Shown here in pieces: positions 27,462-41,114 of a stretch of DNA of 64,000 nt. The DNA is taken from contig OZ024747.1 in NCBI GenBank assembly GCA_964016885.1, positions 58,900,001-58,964,000 of the forward strand, given 5' to 3'. The notes under the pieces were generated by a model. It had not been told where the DNA came from. It did not search any database and saw nothing but the letters and a program-made list of their open reading frames with translations. A program made the position numbers and the translations under genes. Position 1 is the first letter of the stretch, and each line of letters starts with the position of its first letter. This DNA is from Eledone cirrhosa. Taxonomy: Eukaryota.

Positions 27462-29549
27462 TATATATGTAGGTTTATATGAGTTGATAATACAACCATA
27501 TAAAGGCAAAAATTATTTCGAATTTCTGTGATCGTCTTATATACATATGTGGTTTAATATTAATCTTATTTAATAGATTCTGAAGAGAATGGTATAGCAG
27601 GAATGATTATTCCGTATATGGTAATTGAAACATTCGTCAATTAATTAAATGTTTTAATTTGATATAAATCTAGGTTATTTTTATTCATTTTCTTTCCCGA
27701 TTGCGCCCAGCTCGTCCCTTCAATCTTTCAATTTCTCGTTCTTTCTTCAGATGAAAGACTACCATCTGAAAGGTTAAGACCCTCTTCCTTCTATTTTAAG
27801 CTTTAAACTAATCTATACCTTCCATATACTGTACGAATTCTGTTAATTCTGTTTACCTTTTATATATATATATATATAACATTTTAAGGCCCCCCATCGG
27901 TCACTAATAACGATGAATCTGCACCTAGAACGTTTCCCTCTGAGAAACAAGTCTGTAGAAGACCAGCAGTCGCCCATGCATACCAGTTCCCCCTCTCCAT
28001 GCCACCAATGTTGTCCAAGGGAAAGACAAAGGTTGATACAGCTTGGCACCAGTGACGTCACAACTCATTTTTACAGCTCAGTGAACTAAAGCAACGTGAA
28101 AATAAAGTGACTTGCTCAAAGGCACAACAATCACCCGGTCGGAGAATTGAAGTTACAACCTCTCAATTGCAAGCCCAACACTCTAACCACTAAGCCATGC
28201 GCCTTCACTGAAGACGCATATAAACATACTCACGTGCAAAGGGCGGAGCAACTCAGCAGAGTCAACGACCATCCAAATAGTTTTTTAGTATGTTTTTGTT
28301 TTGTTTTTTAAGTTATACGGAGAGGTTAAACTCCGAGGCATAAAAAGCTGAGGGCTGTCGTCGTATTTTCCGTGGCAAACATTTGCACCGAAAATATGTG
28401 TCGTCAGGTCCAAAAAGTGTGGTTGGTCCTACACAAGCCTTCACTTAAAACAAAACTTTGTGTGGATAGTTCAACATCAGTTCACTTTCACACATTTCCG
28501 CCAGTTTTTTTTTTGCAGGCGGAATCCGTGGGCGATGGGGATTGAAATGTCACGAGACACCGCCATTTAGAGAGCTGAACTTTTGTTGAACACTCATACG
28601 TCGGATATCGACGAGAGAGTCCATCATATATTCGTAGAGAGAATGTACGAGAAGATAGATCCGATAGGATTTCTTACAGCTTCTGTCGCCCATATTTCAC
28701 CCACAGGGAGGGCATTGTTGAACCAATAATTATAGATTATGGTAGAAGACACAGAGACTTGCTGTGGGTTACATGGTGTGATCAAACCATCTACCAGATG
28801 TTTGCGAATCAAACCTCTTAACCACAGTCTTTTATGTGCTCACTATTAATTTATAGTTTTCTATATTGCTCTGCTTCTGTCGTTTTCACTAATATATTTT
28901 GTATAATGTTTTCTACACCTAACATTTCACTTTTGGAATTATATCCTGTTGAAATGTTGTAGCTTCTAGGCTGTCTCTGTCGTATGTTTTCTTGTTTTCT
29001 AAGATATTTAGTCTTCAGCAGCGTGTTTCCTTGCTACTCACGCTACGGTTGTGCATTCATTTTATATATATACTGTTTATATAACATGAAATTTCTCATA
29101 ATATCATTAAATGATATCCTGCTGCGTTTTTTACTATATTTATTTATTTATTCATGTTAATTATTCATAAAACTATATGATATCCTGCAATGTCTTCTAT
29201 GCATATGAAAATCATCTTTCCACAATTTTGTTTGAATATCCTATATATTTTGAATTTGATTTTATGTTGGCACCACCAGGCTTCTGTCTTTGTTACGACT
29301 TGGAAGTAGGGCGGTAGAATGGTAAAATTGTTCACAGTGTCGGATAAAATGCATTTGCCGTATTTACTTAAGGATATTTACGTTCGGAGTTCAAATCACG
29401 CTGCCGTCAATTTTGTCATTCAGCCTTCCAATATCGGTAAATTATACTACCATTGAAATACTGGTGTCGATTTAATCGACATTTCTCCTCTCACTAAGTT
29501 GCTGGATTCGTCCCTAAATTAGACTCGATTATTCTTTAGAAGTGATAGG

Positions 29550-29790
29550 CTTGATGTTGTGTGTGCTTTTCTTTTCTGTTACTTTAGTTAAGATATATCG
29601 TAACATGTTAGGTTTGTTGTTGTTGTTGTGTCTTTCTTTTCTATTACCATAGTTAAGATATATCGCAACGTGAGAGGTTTGATGTGTGTACCTTTCTTTT
29701 CTGTTACCTTAGTTAAGATATATCGTAACATAATAGGTTTGATGTGTGTGCTTTTTTCCTATTACCTTAGTTACGATACATCGTAACGTG
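29550..29790. repeat. ~60 bp tandem repeat, 4 units
   Basis: TTAC(C/T)(T/A)TAGTTAAGATATATCGTAAC recurs four times. Confidence 0.85.
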
Positions 29791-30416
29791 GGTCATATAG
29801 AGCATTTATTTTCTATGTCGTAATCAGTGTTTTCTAATGTTAAGTCAACTACGTTTCTTTCTTTTATTCATGTATGTGTTATTTCTTCTTATTTTCCTTC
29901 TTTTTTTCTTCTCCCACTTATTCCTAAGACGGGAGGACAGAGTGCTCAAACGCTCCTTCCATTGAGTCCTATCAGAAGCAACTGTTTCCAACTGATCCGG
30001 CTGGATCTCCAAGCGAGACCAGCTAAGCACATAGATGTTATCCAACCATCTTGTTCGGGGTCTACTCCTCAATTTTCTGCCTGGTGTTTTTACCCGTAAA
30101 ATCTGTCCAGCGATACTTTCATATGTGTTACATATAATCCTTAAAGCCAGTGACCTAGTGGTTAGAGTGTTGAATGCACTATCATTAATCTTGGATTCCA
30201 ATCCACTATCTCGCTTTGCACCTACTAAGAGATGATCTAGGCAGATAGTATAGTTTCCTTTTTTTTTTGTACTTTATATATCAACATCATCGTCATCATT
30301 GGCTTCACTCTGTGTAGAGAATTTGATTCTATAGCAAGAATCTTCATTCGGAACACAGTCGTTTTTCCCAAAGATTTCTACATCTTATGACGATCTAGAT
30401 CGGTGAAATACATACA

Positions 30417-30543
<127 letters not shown>

Positions 30544-30649
30544 GTAATAATAATAAATGTGAAGACTAAAATCCAAGGAGGGCTCGATAAGGATAAATGT
30601 ATATCAAATATATAAGAACCATAGAGCAAATATTTGATCTGCTATTTTA

Positions 30650-30710
<61 letters not shown>

Positions 30711-30721
30711 TATATATATAT

Positions 30722-31362
30722 AATTAGAATTTATCTTCGAACATAGCTGTATACAAATATGTATTTGAATGTCGTATTTCTAAAGAAATACAGTATGTTT
30801 ATAAAAAGCCATAGCTATGAAAAACACTGACAGCCAAGGCCACCTAGCGGTGCTCAGCAGAAACAAAGGGGACAATCGTCGATGCATTTCGAACTGAACT
30901 GGTTCTCGTCGGGACGATCTCTCCCGCTCTTGCAACCACCGGACTATGAGAACAGGCGAAAATATACAATCTTTTCGTCTGTGTAAATGAAGTGATTAAT
31001 CTCATTTGTATATGAAGCTGTATAAGTTGGCTCAACTTATAATAGAATGGAATTAGAATTTAGCTTCGAATATAGCTGTATACAAATGTGGATTTGAATT
31101 TCGTATTTTTTTAGAATCTATTCTATTTTAAATTGAGCCAACTTATACAGCTTCATAAACAAATGAGATTAATCACCTCATACAGTTGCGAGAGTGGGAG
31201 AGACCGTCCTGACGAGCACCGGATGAGTTCGGAATGCATCGACGATTGTCCCCCTTGCTTCTGCCGAACAGTGACGTTGTAACTAATGTTTTTCATAGCT
31301 ATGGCTTTCTAAATGTTTATTCATAAACATACCGTATTTCCTTAGAAATACGAAATTCAAAT
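30722..31362. mobile_element. Inverted/tandem pseudo-LTR element with two mirrored hammerheads
   Basis: Arms ~30763-31046 and ~31118-31362. HHRs at 30875-30918 (-) and 31203-31246 (+), consensus ATCGTC-CTGACGA-GAAC..GTTC-GAAA-TGCA-TC-GACGAT. Direct repeat 30722-30790 / 31052-31110. Confidence 0.78.
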
Positions 31363-31392
31363 ATATATAAGTGGGAGGTGGGTGTATATCTT

Positions 31393-31471
<79 letters not shown>

Positions 31472-31474
<3 letters not shown>

Positions 31475-31915
31475 AGGAAAAAAGATGAAATCGAAAATGC
31501 AACAGGAGTCTTTTTTTATGAAATGATATATTTATTTGGTCCCTTTACCAGTTTCGCAGTTCTTCTGCTTTTCAAAAGTAGAATTGAGATGGAGGGTTTG
31601 TGGTTTTTCTCACATCTGGTTGGTGTTTGAATGTTACTTCTCTTAAAACCTAGCATTTCGATCCACTTTTTTCCATATAAAACAGAAGTAACATTCAAAC
31701 ACCAACCAGATGTGAGAAAAACCACAAACCCTCCATCTCAATTCTTCTACTTTTGAAAAGCAGAAGAACTGCGAAACCGGTAAAGGAACCAAAGAAATAT
31801 ATATTTTTATTAAAAAAAAAAGACTCCAGTTGCATTTTCGATTTCAACTTTTTTCCTTATACTTTCACATCGTTTTTTTCTTTTTGTTTTGTAAAAAAAA
31901 ACCTTACTTTCTAAT
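31472..31915 (+). mobile_element. Hairpin+tail element with U3-A8 hammerhead variant; homolog at 18612-18820 (-)
   Basis: Arms ~31472-31641 and ~31683-31861. CTT-TTGAAAA-GCAG aagaa CTGC-GAAA-CCGG-TA-AAG at 31750-31785, mirrored at 31543-31578, third copy at 18750-18785. Confidence 0.8.
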
Positions 31916-32736
31916 ATATACCTATCGAAATATTTATCTACCTACATTACTGTTTACATATTTGTCTGCTTCTTTGCCTATCTGTCAGTATGACTGCCTA
32001 TAGCAATCTATTTTTGTATATTTACCAATAGATCTACCTTCGGACATGAACATCAATCACAACAAAGTACAAATCCCAATAGCAGTCTGAAGATTGATAG
32101 ATACTTATGTGGAATGAATTCGTCGTAATTTGGTCGATATATGTTTCATAATGATTGAGGAAAATATGGATGAATATTATTGTAATTGATGAATCTGAAC
32201 GTCAAATAAAATACGGCAATGCCCGGAGTGACAGGCGGGAGAAGATCTTGGAAAATTGAAGATTCCAACATCTTCATAAATGATGAGGAAATCGAGGAAT
32301 TTTAAAATCTTTTTTCTTTACTATATCCATTCATATTGACGAGTACTGTCTTAATATATGTGTGTGCGCTCTCGCGTTCGTGATATGTATATTTACACAA
32401 AGAGAGAGAGAGAGTGTCTGCGGTACTCTGAGACAGGGGAGACCACTAATCATGGGAATACTCAATAAATGGATAGATGCAGATTTGGTATAGGGATATG
32501 TATAAATGTATAAAAATATATACTATATGGATGTGTGAGAGAGGAAATAAACAGAGAGGGTGAGAGAGAGTGACTGTAAGAAAGATGGATAGACAGTTCT
32601 CTGTAGTTAATTGGTAGACATATGCTGCTGTTGTCTCTAGGTATTTCAGTATTCCCAACTTCATTACTTTTCCTTTCAATAATCCGTTTCTTATACACAT
32701 ATATCCTTTGAGTACTCACACACGTATGTATGTGTG

Positions 32737-32804
<68 letters not shown>

Positions 32805-33151
32805 TGTAAAATCCCGACCCAGGGCGCCAAATGTTTTCGGCTCGTGTGTTCAGCAGGCTTTTCATATATACATATATATACGCGCGTGTGCGTGCGGGTC
32901 AGTATACATATATACACGTATGTTTACAAATATATGTATATCATAATGAATTAATGTAGGTGGCAAACCAATTGAGATGGAAACAAGGCAATGTTTTCTA
33001 CAATTGTTCATACATCTTAATGTCCTGGAGGGGGAAAAATAAGAGAAAAACAAAGTAATGCTAAAGTGACTAGAGGATTGCAATCTATGAACTACGTCAT
33101 GTCAAACTATAGGGAAGGCTTGGACTGAAACTAACGTCTTTATAATGAAAT

Positions 33152-33333
33152 ATTTGTTTCTACTTTAGGCACAAGGCCAGCAAATACCCAGTTCATTACT
33201 GGTACTTTATTTTATCGACCCCGTAAGGATGAAAGGCAAAGTCAACCTCGGCGGGATTTGAACTCAGATCGTAAAGGGACGTAACTATGCTGGAAAGAAT
33301 GGCGTCCGACCCTCTACCGATACTGCCAATCCA
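33152..33333 (-). mobile_element. tRNA-derived SINE, family 1
   Basis: Full unit on the minus strand. Confidence 0.85.
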
Positions 33334-33769
33334 TTTATAATGAAATACTGTGATTTCATCAGAGAAGAGGTCAAGATAATTGAGTTGTGCTGAATATGTA
33401 AGTAGTATGAGGTGCCACGTGACTAACACAGCCATCATAATAATCATCGTTATGATCGACAGCAGCAGTAGTACAGCGTCGGCAGCAACAGCACTAACGG
33501 TAGTAGCAGCAGCAGTAGTAAGAACAGCAGCAACAGCAGTGCCAGCAGCAGTATAATCTCCATCACTAACATGACAAGCATACTGACCATAGCAAACATC
33601 TCAAGTGCCATAGTCACTATAATAACCATCACCATCGGTCATCACCATCGTTATCATAATCATCCTCACCATCATCACAAACACCCTCATCACCACCATT
33701 ATACAACGCGCATTACCATCTTCGCAACTAAATTCAGTTATACAGTGTGTGTGTGTGTGTGTGTGTATG

Positions 33770-33810
<41 letters not shown>

Positions 33811-33816
33811 ATACGC

Positions 33817-33863
<47 letters not shown>

Positions 33864-33864
33864 A

Positions 33865-34220
33865 TGATATTGAAATAAATGGAAACTATATTTATAAAAC
33901 CATATTTATTCTATTATATATATTTCAAGGCTACCAAAACTTTGGTACGCTCTCATCAGATAAAATACAAAGTTTGTTTTATAAATATTGACATATCCAG
34001 GAAGAAGATCTTAACGGTTCAAGTTTTCCTGGATAGTCATGGGACGAGTTGGGTAGAAGTGGTAACACAACACTTAGTTGACCATACCGAGAACAATTGT
34101 TTCACCTTAGCGGATCCTCAGCTCCTAATGGACATGGTTATACTCCTGTTCCGTATAGCCATGTCCATTACGAGCTGAGGATCCGCTAAGGTGAAACAAT
34201 TGTTCTCGGTATGGTGAACT
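33865..34220 (-). mobile_element. Hairpin+tail element carrying two different hammerheads in tandem
   Basis: Inverted repeat centred at ~34148 with HHR CGAG-CTGAGGA-TCC gctaa GGT-GAAA-CAATTG-TT-CTCG (34171-34208 plus, 34088-34125 minus). Second HHR at 33909-33965 (-): TTTTAT-CTGATGA-GAGCGTACCAA..TTGGTAGCCTT-GAAA-TATATA-TA-ATAGAA. Confidence 0.8.
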
Positions 34221-34236
34221 AACTGTTGTGTTACCA

Positions 34237-34343
<107 letters not shown>

Positions 34344-35099
34344 AAAGTCAATCTGAGCTGATATGATTTGTCTGTCATATTTGAACTGTTATTACAAATG
34401 GTGCTAAGTCGAAACCATTCAATGTGGGTGTCGGACTTTCTCAAGGGTCATACTGACATATCTCCTGTTTATAATCTTTTTAAACAGGATTGATATATAT
34501 ATATATAACCGACTTGGATGCGATATCATGACCAGCGGGTGTAGTATCAGTCGCCTGGAATTTGCCGAAAGTATCTCCGGCATGCTCCTGGTAGGTTTCC
34601 TGCAGAGTACTGCACAGCACGAATAAACATCATTGCTGCTAATACTGGTCTTCTCAAGGAAGCCTGCACAGTGCACTCTGAATGAGAGTGGAGTCACACA
34701 AAATAAGATAGAGAAATTCGGAATTCGTGCCAGCCCTTACCTTAGTCATGAAATATTACTAGATGAATAATTAACATATTTTTATGGATCAGCCAAAGTG
34801 TTGCTTCGTTTAGTAATTATCGAATTGGCTTCAAACCCGAACATCATTCTTATCACCCATTTCCCAAGAAAATTATAATTGACAAACATTATTCACAAAA
34901 GGCAAAATAAGTACCCAAAAGTCAAACCTACGTTTTCCAAGGGATCGTAAGTTATAATGATATTTAGATAACGTAAGAATCCAATTACTTCTCTTTTCAA
35001 AGAGAGAATATATCTAATGTCCCACAGAAACAGAAATATAACCAAAGAAATAATTCCTAATATGCTCTGACCAGATACTATCTGGAGTTAAGAAAATAA

Positions 35100-35580
35100 T
35101 ATCAACAGATACAGAAACACAAATAGAATGACAAATTTGAAAGATGTTTTTTTTTTCAGAGCAACACGACAGAATTCACGACACCTGGAATTACAAACTG
35201 AATGTGAGAACCCAAAGATAATTAATCTAACCAAAAGAAGTATTTCAAGATTGTAGATTACAATACCCCCAAAAGACTTACAATTCACTCCGAAACCGCT
35301 ATACCCAATGAATTACGAGGTGGTATCTCATATATCTGTAGAAGATTGCACCTAACAAAAATATTATTTGACATGGAAAACAATGATACATCAATTGTAG
35401 GAAATATGTTACAACCCACACAAAGTTAGAAATATATTATTAGATAAATTTTGTAATTTTATATCCATTTTCCCATGGAATGAACTAACACACGCTAAAC
35501 AGAAACACATTACTAGTGGAAAGAAATGGGAAATGAACCGCACGAACTCAAGCAATAACGACATTGTAATTAAAGTAGCC
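35100..35580 (+). pseudogene. Degenerate Penelope ORF N-terminal fragment
   Basis: Translates to IINLTKRSIS...LQFTPKP and DIVIKVA, resembling PLE INLS..GLNF.P and DIVIKPADKG. Multiple stops. Confidence 0.5.
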
Positions 35581-36182
35581 ATCCAGCAGATTCTCTCAGA
35601 AGCGACCGTCTCCAATTGATCCGGTTGGATCTCCAAGCGTGAGCTGCCAAGCTTATGGATGTAATCCAACCATTTTGCTCGGGGGGTCTACCCTGCGTCT
35701 CCTACCGGTTGGTTTTTCCCCATAAAATCTGTTCAGCGATTTTTCCTGACACATTCTAACCTCATGCCCATGGTATCGAAGCTGTGATCTCTCAATAACA
35801 AAATGATAGCTCCTCTGGCAATTAGTTCGTTTACTTTGACAATTTAGGGTGTGTGTATAAGGTTTTCCTCGTTGAGTTTGCTTTTAGTGTGTAAAAAAGA
35901 GAATATTTTACTGAAAAAATACGAAGAAATTTAAGCACGGTTGTTTTCGAATTTGCTATGTCCACAGAAATGATTTTAGTTTAAAATATTGCATTTCTAC
36001 TTTGAATAATCAAAAGTCAGATTTTCAGACACGCAGCTTCCGGTTTTATTCTCAGTCACGTGAGAAGAAATAAATACGAACTAACAGATTATAATAATTC
36101 ATGAAAAGAAATAATGTTCTAAGATATGATTTTATATATATATATATATGTATGTGTATGTATGTGTATGTATGTGTATGTA

Positions 36183-36217
<35 letters not shown>

Positions 36218-36832
36218 GTATGTATGTGTGTATGTATGTATGTATATGTGTATGTGTGTGTATGTATGTCTGTATGTATGTGTGTATGTGTGTATGTGTG
36301 TATGTACGTATGTATGAGTGTGTGTATGTGTGTATGTGTGTATGTGTGTATGTGTGTGTGGGAGTGTGGGAGTGAGTGTGTGTGAGTGTGTGAGTGTGTG
36401 AGTGAGTGAGTGAGTGTGTGAGTGTGTGTAAAAGGTAAACAGAAATACAACACAATCGGTACAGTATATGGAAGGAATATATTACGTTAACGCTTGATAT
36501 AGCAAGAAGAGGGTTAAAAGGTTTCGGACGTTAGTCCTTCATCAGAAGAAAGAATGAGAAATTAGATAGATTGAGGGGACGGGTGGGATGGAATTGGAAA
36601 AAATGTCTTTAGATAAAAATAATAGGTCCATTCATGTTGACATCTCTTGGAAAACTGTTGATGCTGGCGTATTGTGTATGATTTCCTTTTTAGAAAAGTA
36701 GATGATGGAGCGCGTCTACCTGAAATGGAAAAAGTGTGTGTGTGTGTGTTTTATTTTACGTCCGTACGAAGCTAAGAAGAAATGTGTTTGTATAGAACTA
36801 GCCGTTGAAACGGAAAGAGATCAGACTCTAAC

Positions 36833-36872
<40 letters not shown>

Positions 36873-36930
36873 ATATATATATATAGTGACGAAACATAAG
36901 TCAATTGCATGAACTCATAATCCTTTATTT

Positions 36931-36994
36931 ACTGCTATATATATTTATATATTTCGATGATAGTCATTGAATGGCTATGACCTCATCAGGCAGT
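36931..36994 (-). ncRNA. Type I hammerhead ribozyme, homolog of 47618-47672
   Basis: ACTGC-CTGATGA-GGTCATAGCCA ttcaa TGACTATCATC-GAAA-TATATA..TATATA-GCAGT-AAATAAA. Confidence 0.75.
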
Positions 36995-37053
36995 TAGTCA
37001 GTTCTTAGATATGCCAGCTCTGTGTTTATAGTGTTGATGGTATAAGAGCCTTG

Positions 37054-37095
<42 letters not shown>

Positions 37096-38202
37096 ATGGA
37101 TTCAGTTTGAAACTGGTTAGACCATTACTCAATAGAGTACTCGATACTTGATCTAGCTGTTGAAACTGCAAGACCCGCAGCATATCACATAAACATAAAT
37201 TCATCTGATGAAATTGCATCCATACCACCATCAAATGCAGCTACAGCATTTGAATTGCATACGGGTCCCTACAGAAATAAGTACAATGAATAAACGCTGT
37301 ATGTAAGTAAACATATCTTTATCAATGTTATTCTTATACACATACATATATATTCAATCGTACATATCCATACATACATATACGTACATATATATACATT
37401 CATATACATACATATACATACATATATACAAACATACACGTACATATATATACATTCATATACATACATATACATACATATATACAAACATACACACATA
37501 CTTACATACACATACATGCACATATATACATATATACATATATACACATACATGTATACACATACATACACATACCTACGTACACATACATACATACACA
37601 TACATAAATACACATACATACATTTATACATACATGCGTGCATATATATGTTTATATTTAGAGTTATATATATACATGTAATTGTGTGTGCATAAATCTG
37701 TATGAATATATAAATACATCTATGTATGTACTTAATTATATTTGTCATTGCATAACACTACCCAGCAATAAATTAAGCGATTATAAAACAACCCAACACA
37801 AAGCATACCATAGAAAAAACTACATAGACACATTAACCAACGTCCACTACAACCAAAAACACATATTAATATCTAATGCACAAACACTGGAAGTACATTT
37901 AACTTAAAATTCCTAACATAAGCCACACAAATATCAGTCTGTTAAACAAACAACATATAATGGAAGAATTTTAGATGAATATAAACATTTGAAAGGAAAC
38001 AATTCTTCATTGTAGAAACCTGACCGGTTTCACGCGGTGTTGTATAGAAAGGTTTAAAATAAAGGACGCCATATTTGATATGTAGGTCTAGATCTATTAT
38101 CTGAAATTATGATAGGATATTCATGTTTGGGATGCATGTAATCAAAAGTCTGCCTAATCACAATTGATCTGGGGCCAAGGAAAAAATGACAGAAAGCAAT
38201 CA

Positions 38203-38262
<60 letters not shown>

Positions 38263-38268
<6 letters not shown>

Positions 38269-38920
38269 TATAGTATATTTAAAATACGTATTTTATATAT
38301 CACGTAAGCCATTTATTTAAAGTGTTTGTAAAATAGAGAGGATGTAAACCACTAGGAATTTAAGACCTTGCATATGTAAATATATGCTAATTATGTCTAT
38401 AAGATATCGTGTATAGAATTACATATCCGCTATATATTTGTATAAATATATATGTGTGTGTGTGCGTAAAGTATAGAAATTTTATATTTACCATGTTATA
38501 TGAAAATTATACATTGTCATTTATTTAAAATATCATGACAATTTATATACTCGTATTTATATATAAATATAAACACACACAGCTATATATATATATATGT
38601 TAGATATAGTATATTTAAAATACGTATTTTATATATCACGTAAGCCATTTATTTAACGTGTTTGTAAAATAGAGAGGATGTAAACCACTAGGAATTTAAG
38701 ACCTTACATATGTAAATATATGCTAATTACGTCTATAAGATATCGTGTATAGAATTACATATCCGCTATATATTTGTATAAATATATATGTGTGTGCGTA
38801 AAGTATAGAAATTTTATATTTAGCATGTTATATGAAAATTATACATTGTCATTTATTAAAAATATCATGACAATTTATATACTCGTATTTATATATAAAT
38901 GTAAACACACACAGCTATAT
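38263..38920. repeat. ~335 bp tandem duplication
   Basis: TTAGATATAGTATATTTAAAATACG...CACACAGCTATAT at ~38263-38590 and ~38600-38920. Confidence 0.9.
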
Positions 38921-38927
38921 ATATTAT

Positions 38928-38981
<54 letters not shown>

Positions 38982-39307
38982 ATATATATATATACATACA
39001 TATAAATATATATATATATACATACATATAAATATATATATACATACATATAAATATATATATATATATACATATAAATATATATATATATATACATATA
39101 AATATATATACATACATATATATATATATACATATAAATATATATATATATACATACATATAAATATATATATATACATACATATAAATATATATATATA
39201 CATATAAATATATATATATACATATACATATATATATATACATATACATATATATATATATATACATATATATACATACATATAAATATATATATATATA
39301 TACATAC

Positions 39308-39344
<37 letters not shown>

Positions 39345-39898
39345 TATATATATACATATAAATATATATATATACATATAAATATATATATATACATACA
39401 TATACATACATATAAATATATATATATACATACATATACATACATATAAATATATATATATATATACATACATATAAATATATATATATATACATACATA
39501 TAAATATATATATATATATAACGAAGGAAATGTGGTAAGGAACCAGATGGACCATAACGCACCAGAGTACTCAATATCCCGACATTTCCACCCAGCTCAA
39601 GTTTCTTCACCCGCACCATGCAATTTATATGTATATACACACTCATACAGACATATTTATTTATATATGCACATACATAGACATATATATATATATATAT
39701 ATATATTATGATCATGCAGACGACGTACGTATTCCTAACCAGACTTGGAAATAAATTGGACCACGTGTTTACACAAACGAGATATATATTCATCTGTGTA
39801 TGTATGTATGTATGTATGTATGTATGTATATACATGCACACATGATTGTATATGTATTTATATGTGTGTAATTATAAGTGTATATATGCACACACACA

Positions 39899-39959
<61 letters not shown>

Positions 39960-40142
39960 TATATAGTGAATATTTTTTTAAATTAACATGATATGAATTA
40001 TTTAAGCCGAGTGAAATATACCGTGTTTAAATTATTATATATGTAAATGCAATGCAATCATATATCATACGATACGCCACTACAATCACTTGCTTAACAT
40101 ATCACATAGATATATCTATAATTTTCTGATACACGCATTTCT

Positions 40143-40201
<59 letters not shown>

Positions 40202-41047
40202 ATGCGTTGTGTTATTGAGCAAGACACTATGTTCACTATAGCTCACTCAGTTATACAAAGGAGTTGCGGCCTAACTGGTGCCAAGCTCTATCTGTCATTG
40301 CCTTTCCCTTGGCGGCGTGAAGACGGGAAATTGCTATACATGGTCGACAGCTCGTCTTCCACTAACAAACCTTTTCCTGTAGAGGGAAACTTTATAGATG
40401 AAAAACCTATGGGGACCTTTAAAATATATACATATATATATATATATATATAGCTATATTCCTTGACAAGCTGATTCACAATGATGGCGCATTTCTATAA
40501 TGTACAATTGTAGCATATGGATCAGCGAAACTGCGTAGTCGGGACTTTGTCGAAAAAATAAGTATATTTTTGTCTATTATTTCCTCCTACTTTGTAATTT
40601 CGTTTTATATATAAATATATATATAAATATACATTTATGAGTATGTAAAGTATGTGTTGTTCTATATTTCTGCCCCCTACTATGCTCTTCAATCGTCGTT
40701 CTTTGGAGGTTTAGAGTCTTATATTAGTTGGTTGCTGGTCACTCTATCAACTTCTATAAAGATATTGGTTTCCAAAGACCCAGCTCAAGTAATAGATACC
40801 GGAAGGAGAAGATTTAATGTTGACTCAGAATACAGAGATGTGAAACTTCGTTTCCATTGGTCACCTTCACGCAGTTTCAAGCTTTCACTTTATATATATA
40901 TATTTATATATATTTATTCATATGTATATATATAAATATGTCCATATATGTATATATATATATCATATATATATATATATATATTTATTCATATGTATAT
41001 ATATAAATATGTCCATATATGTATATATATATATATCATATATATAT

Positions 41048-41084
<37 letters not shown>

Positions 41085-41114
41085 TATATATATATATATC
41101 ATATATATATATAT

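Noticed and set aside
28579-28821. ~80-codon open frame in unique-looking sequence
   Set aside because: No early start codon, convincing splice sites or recognisable domain.
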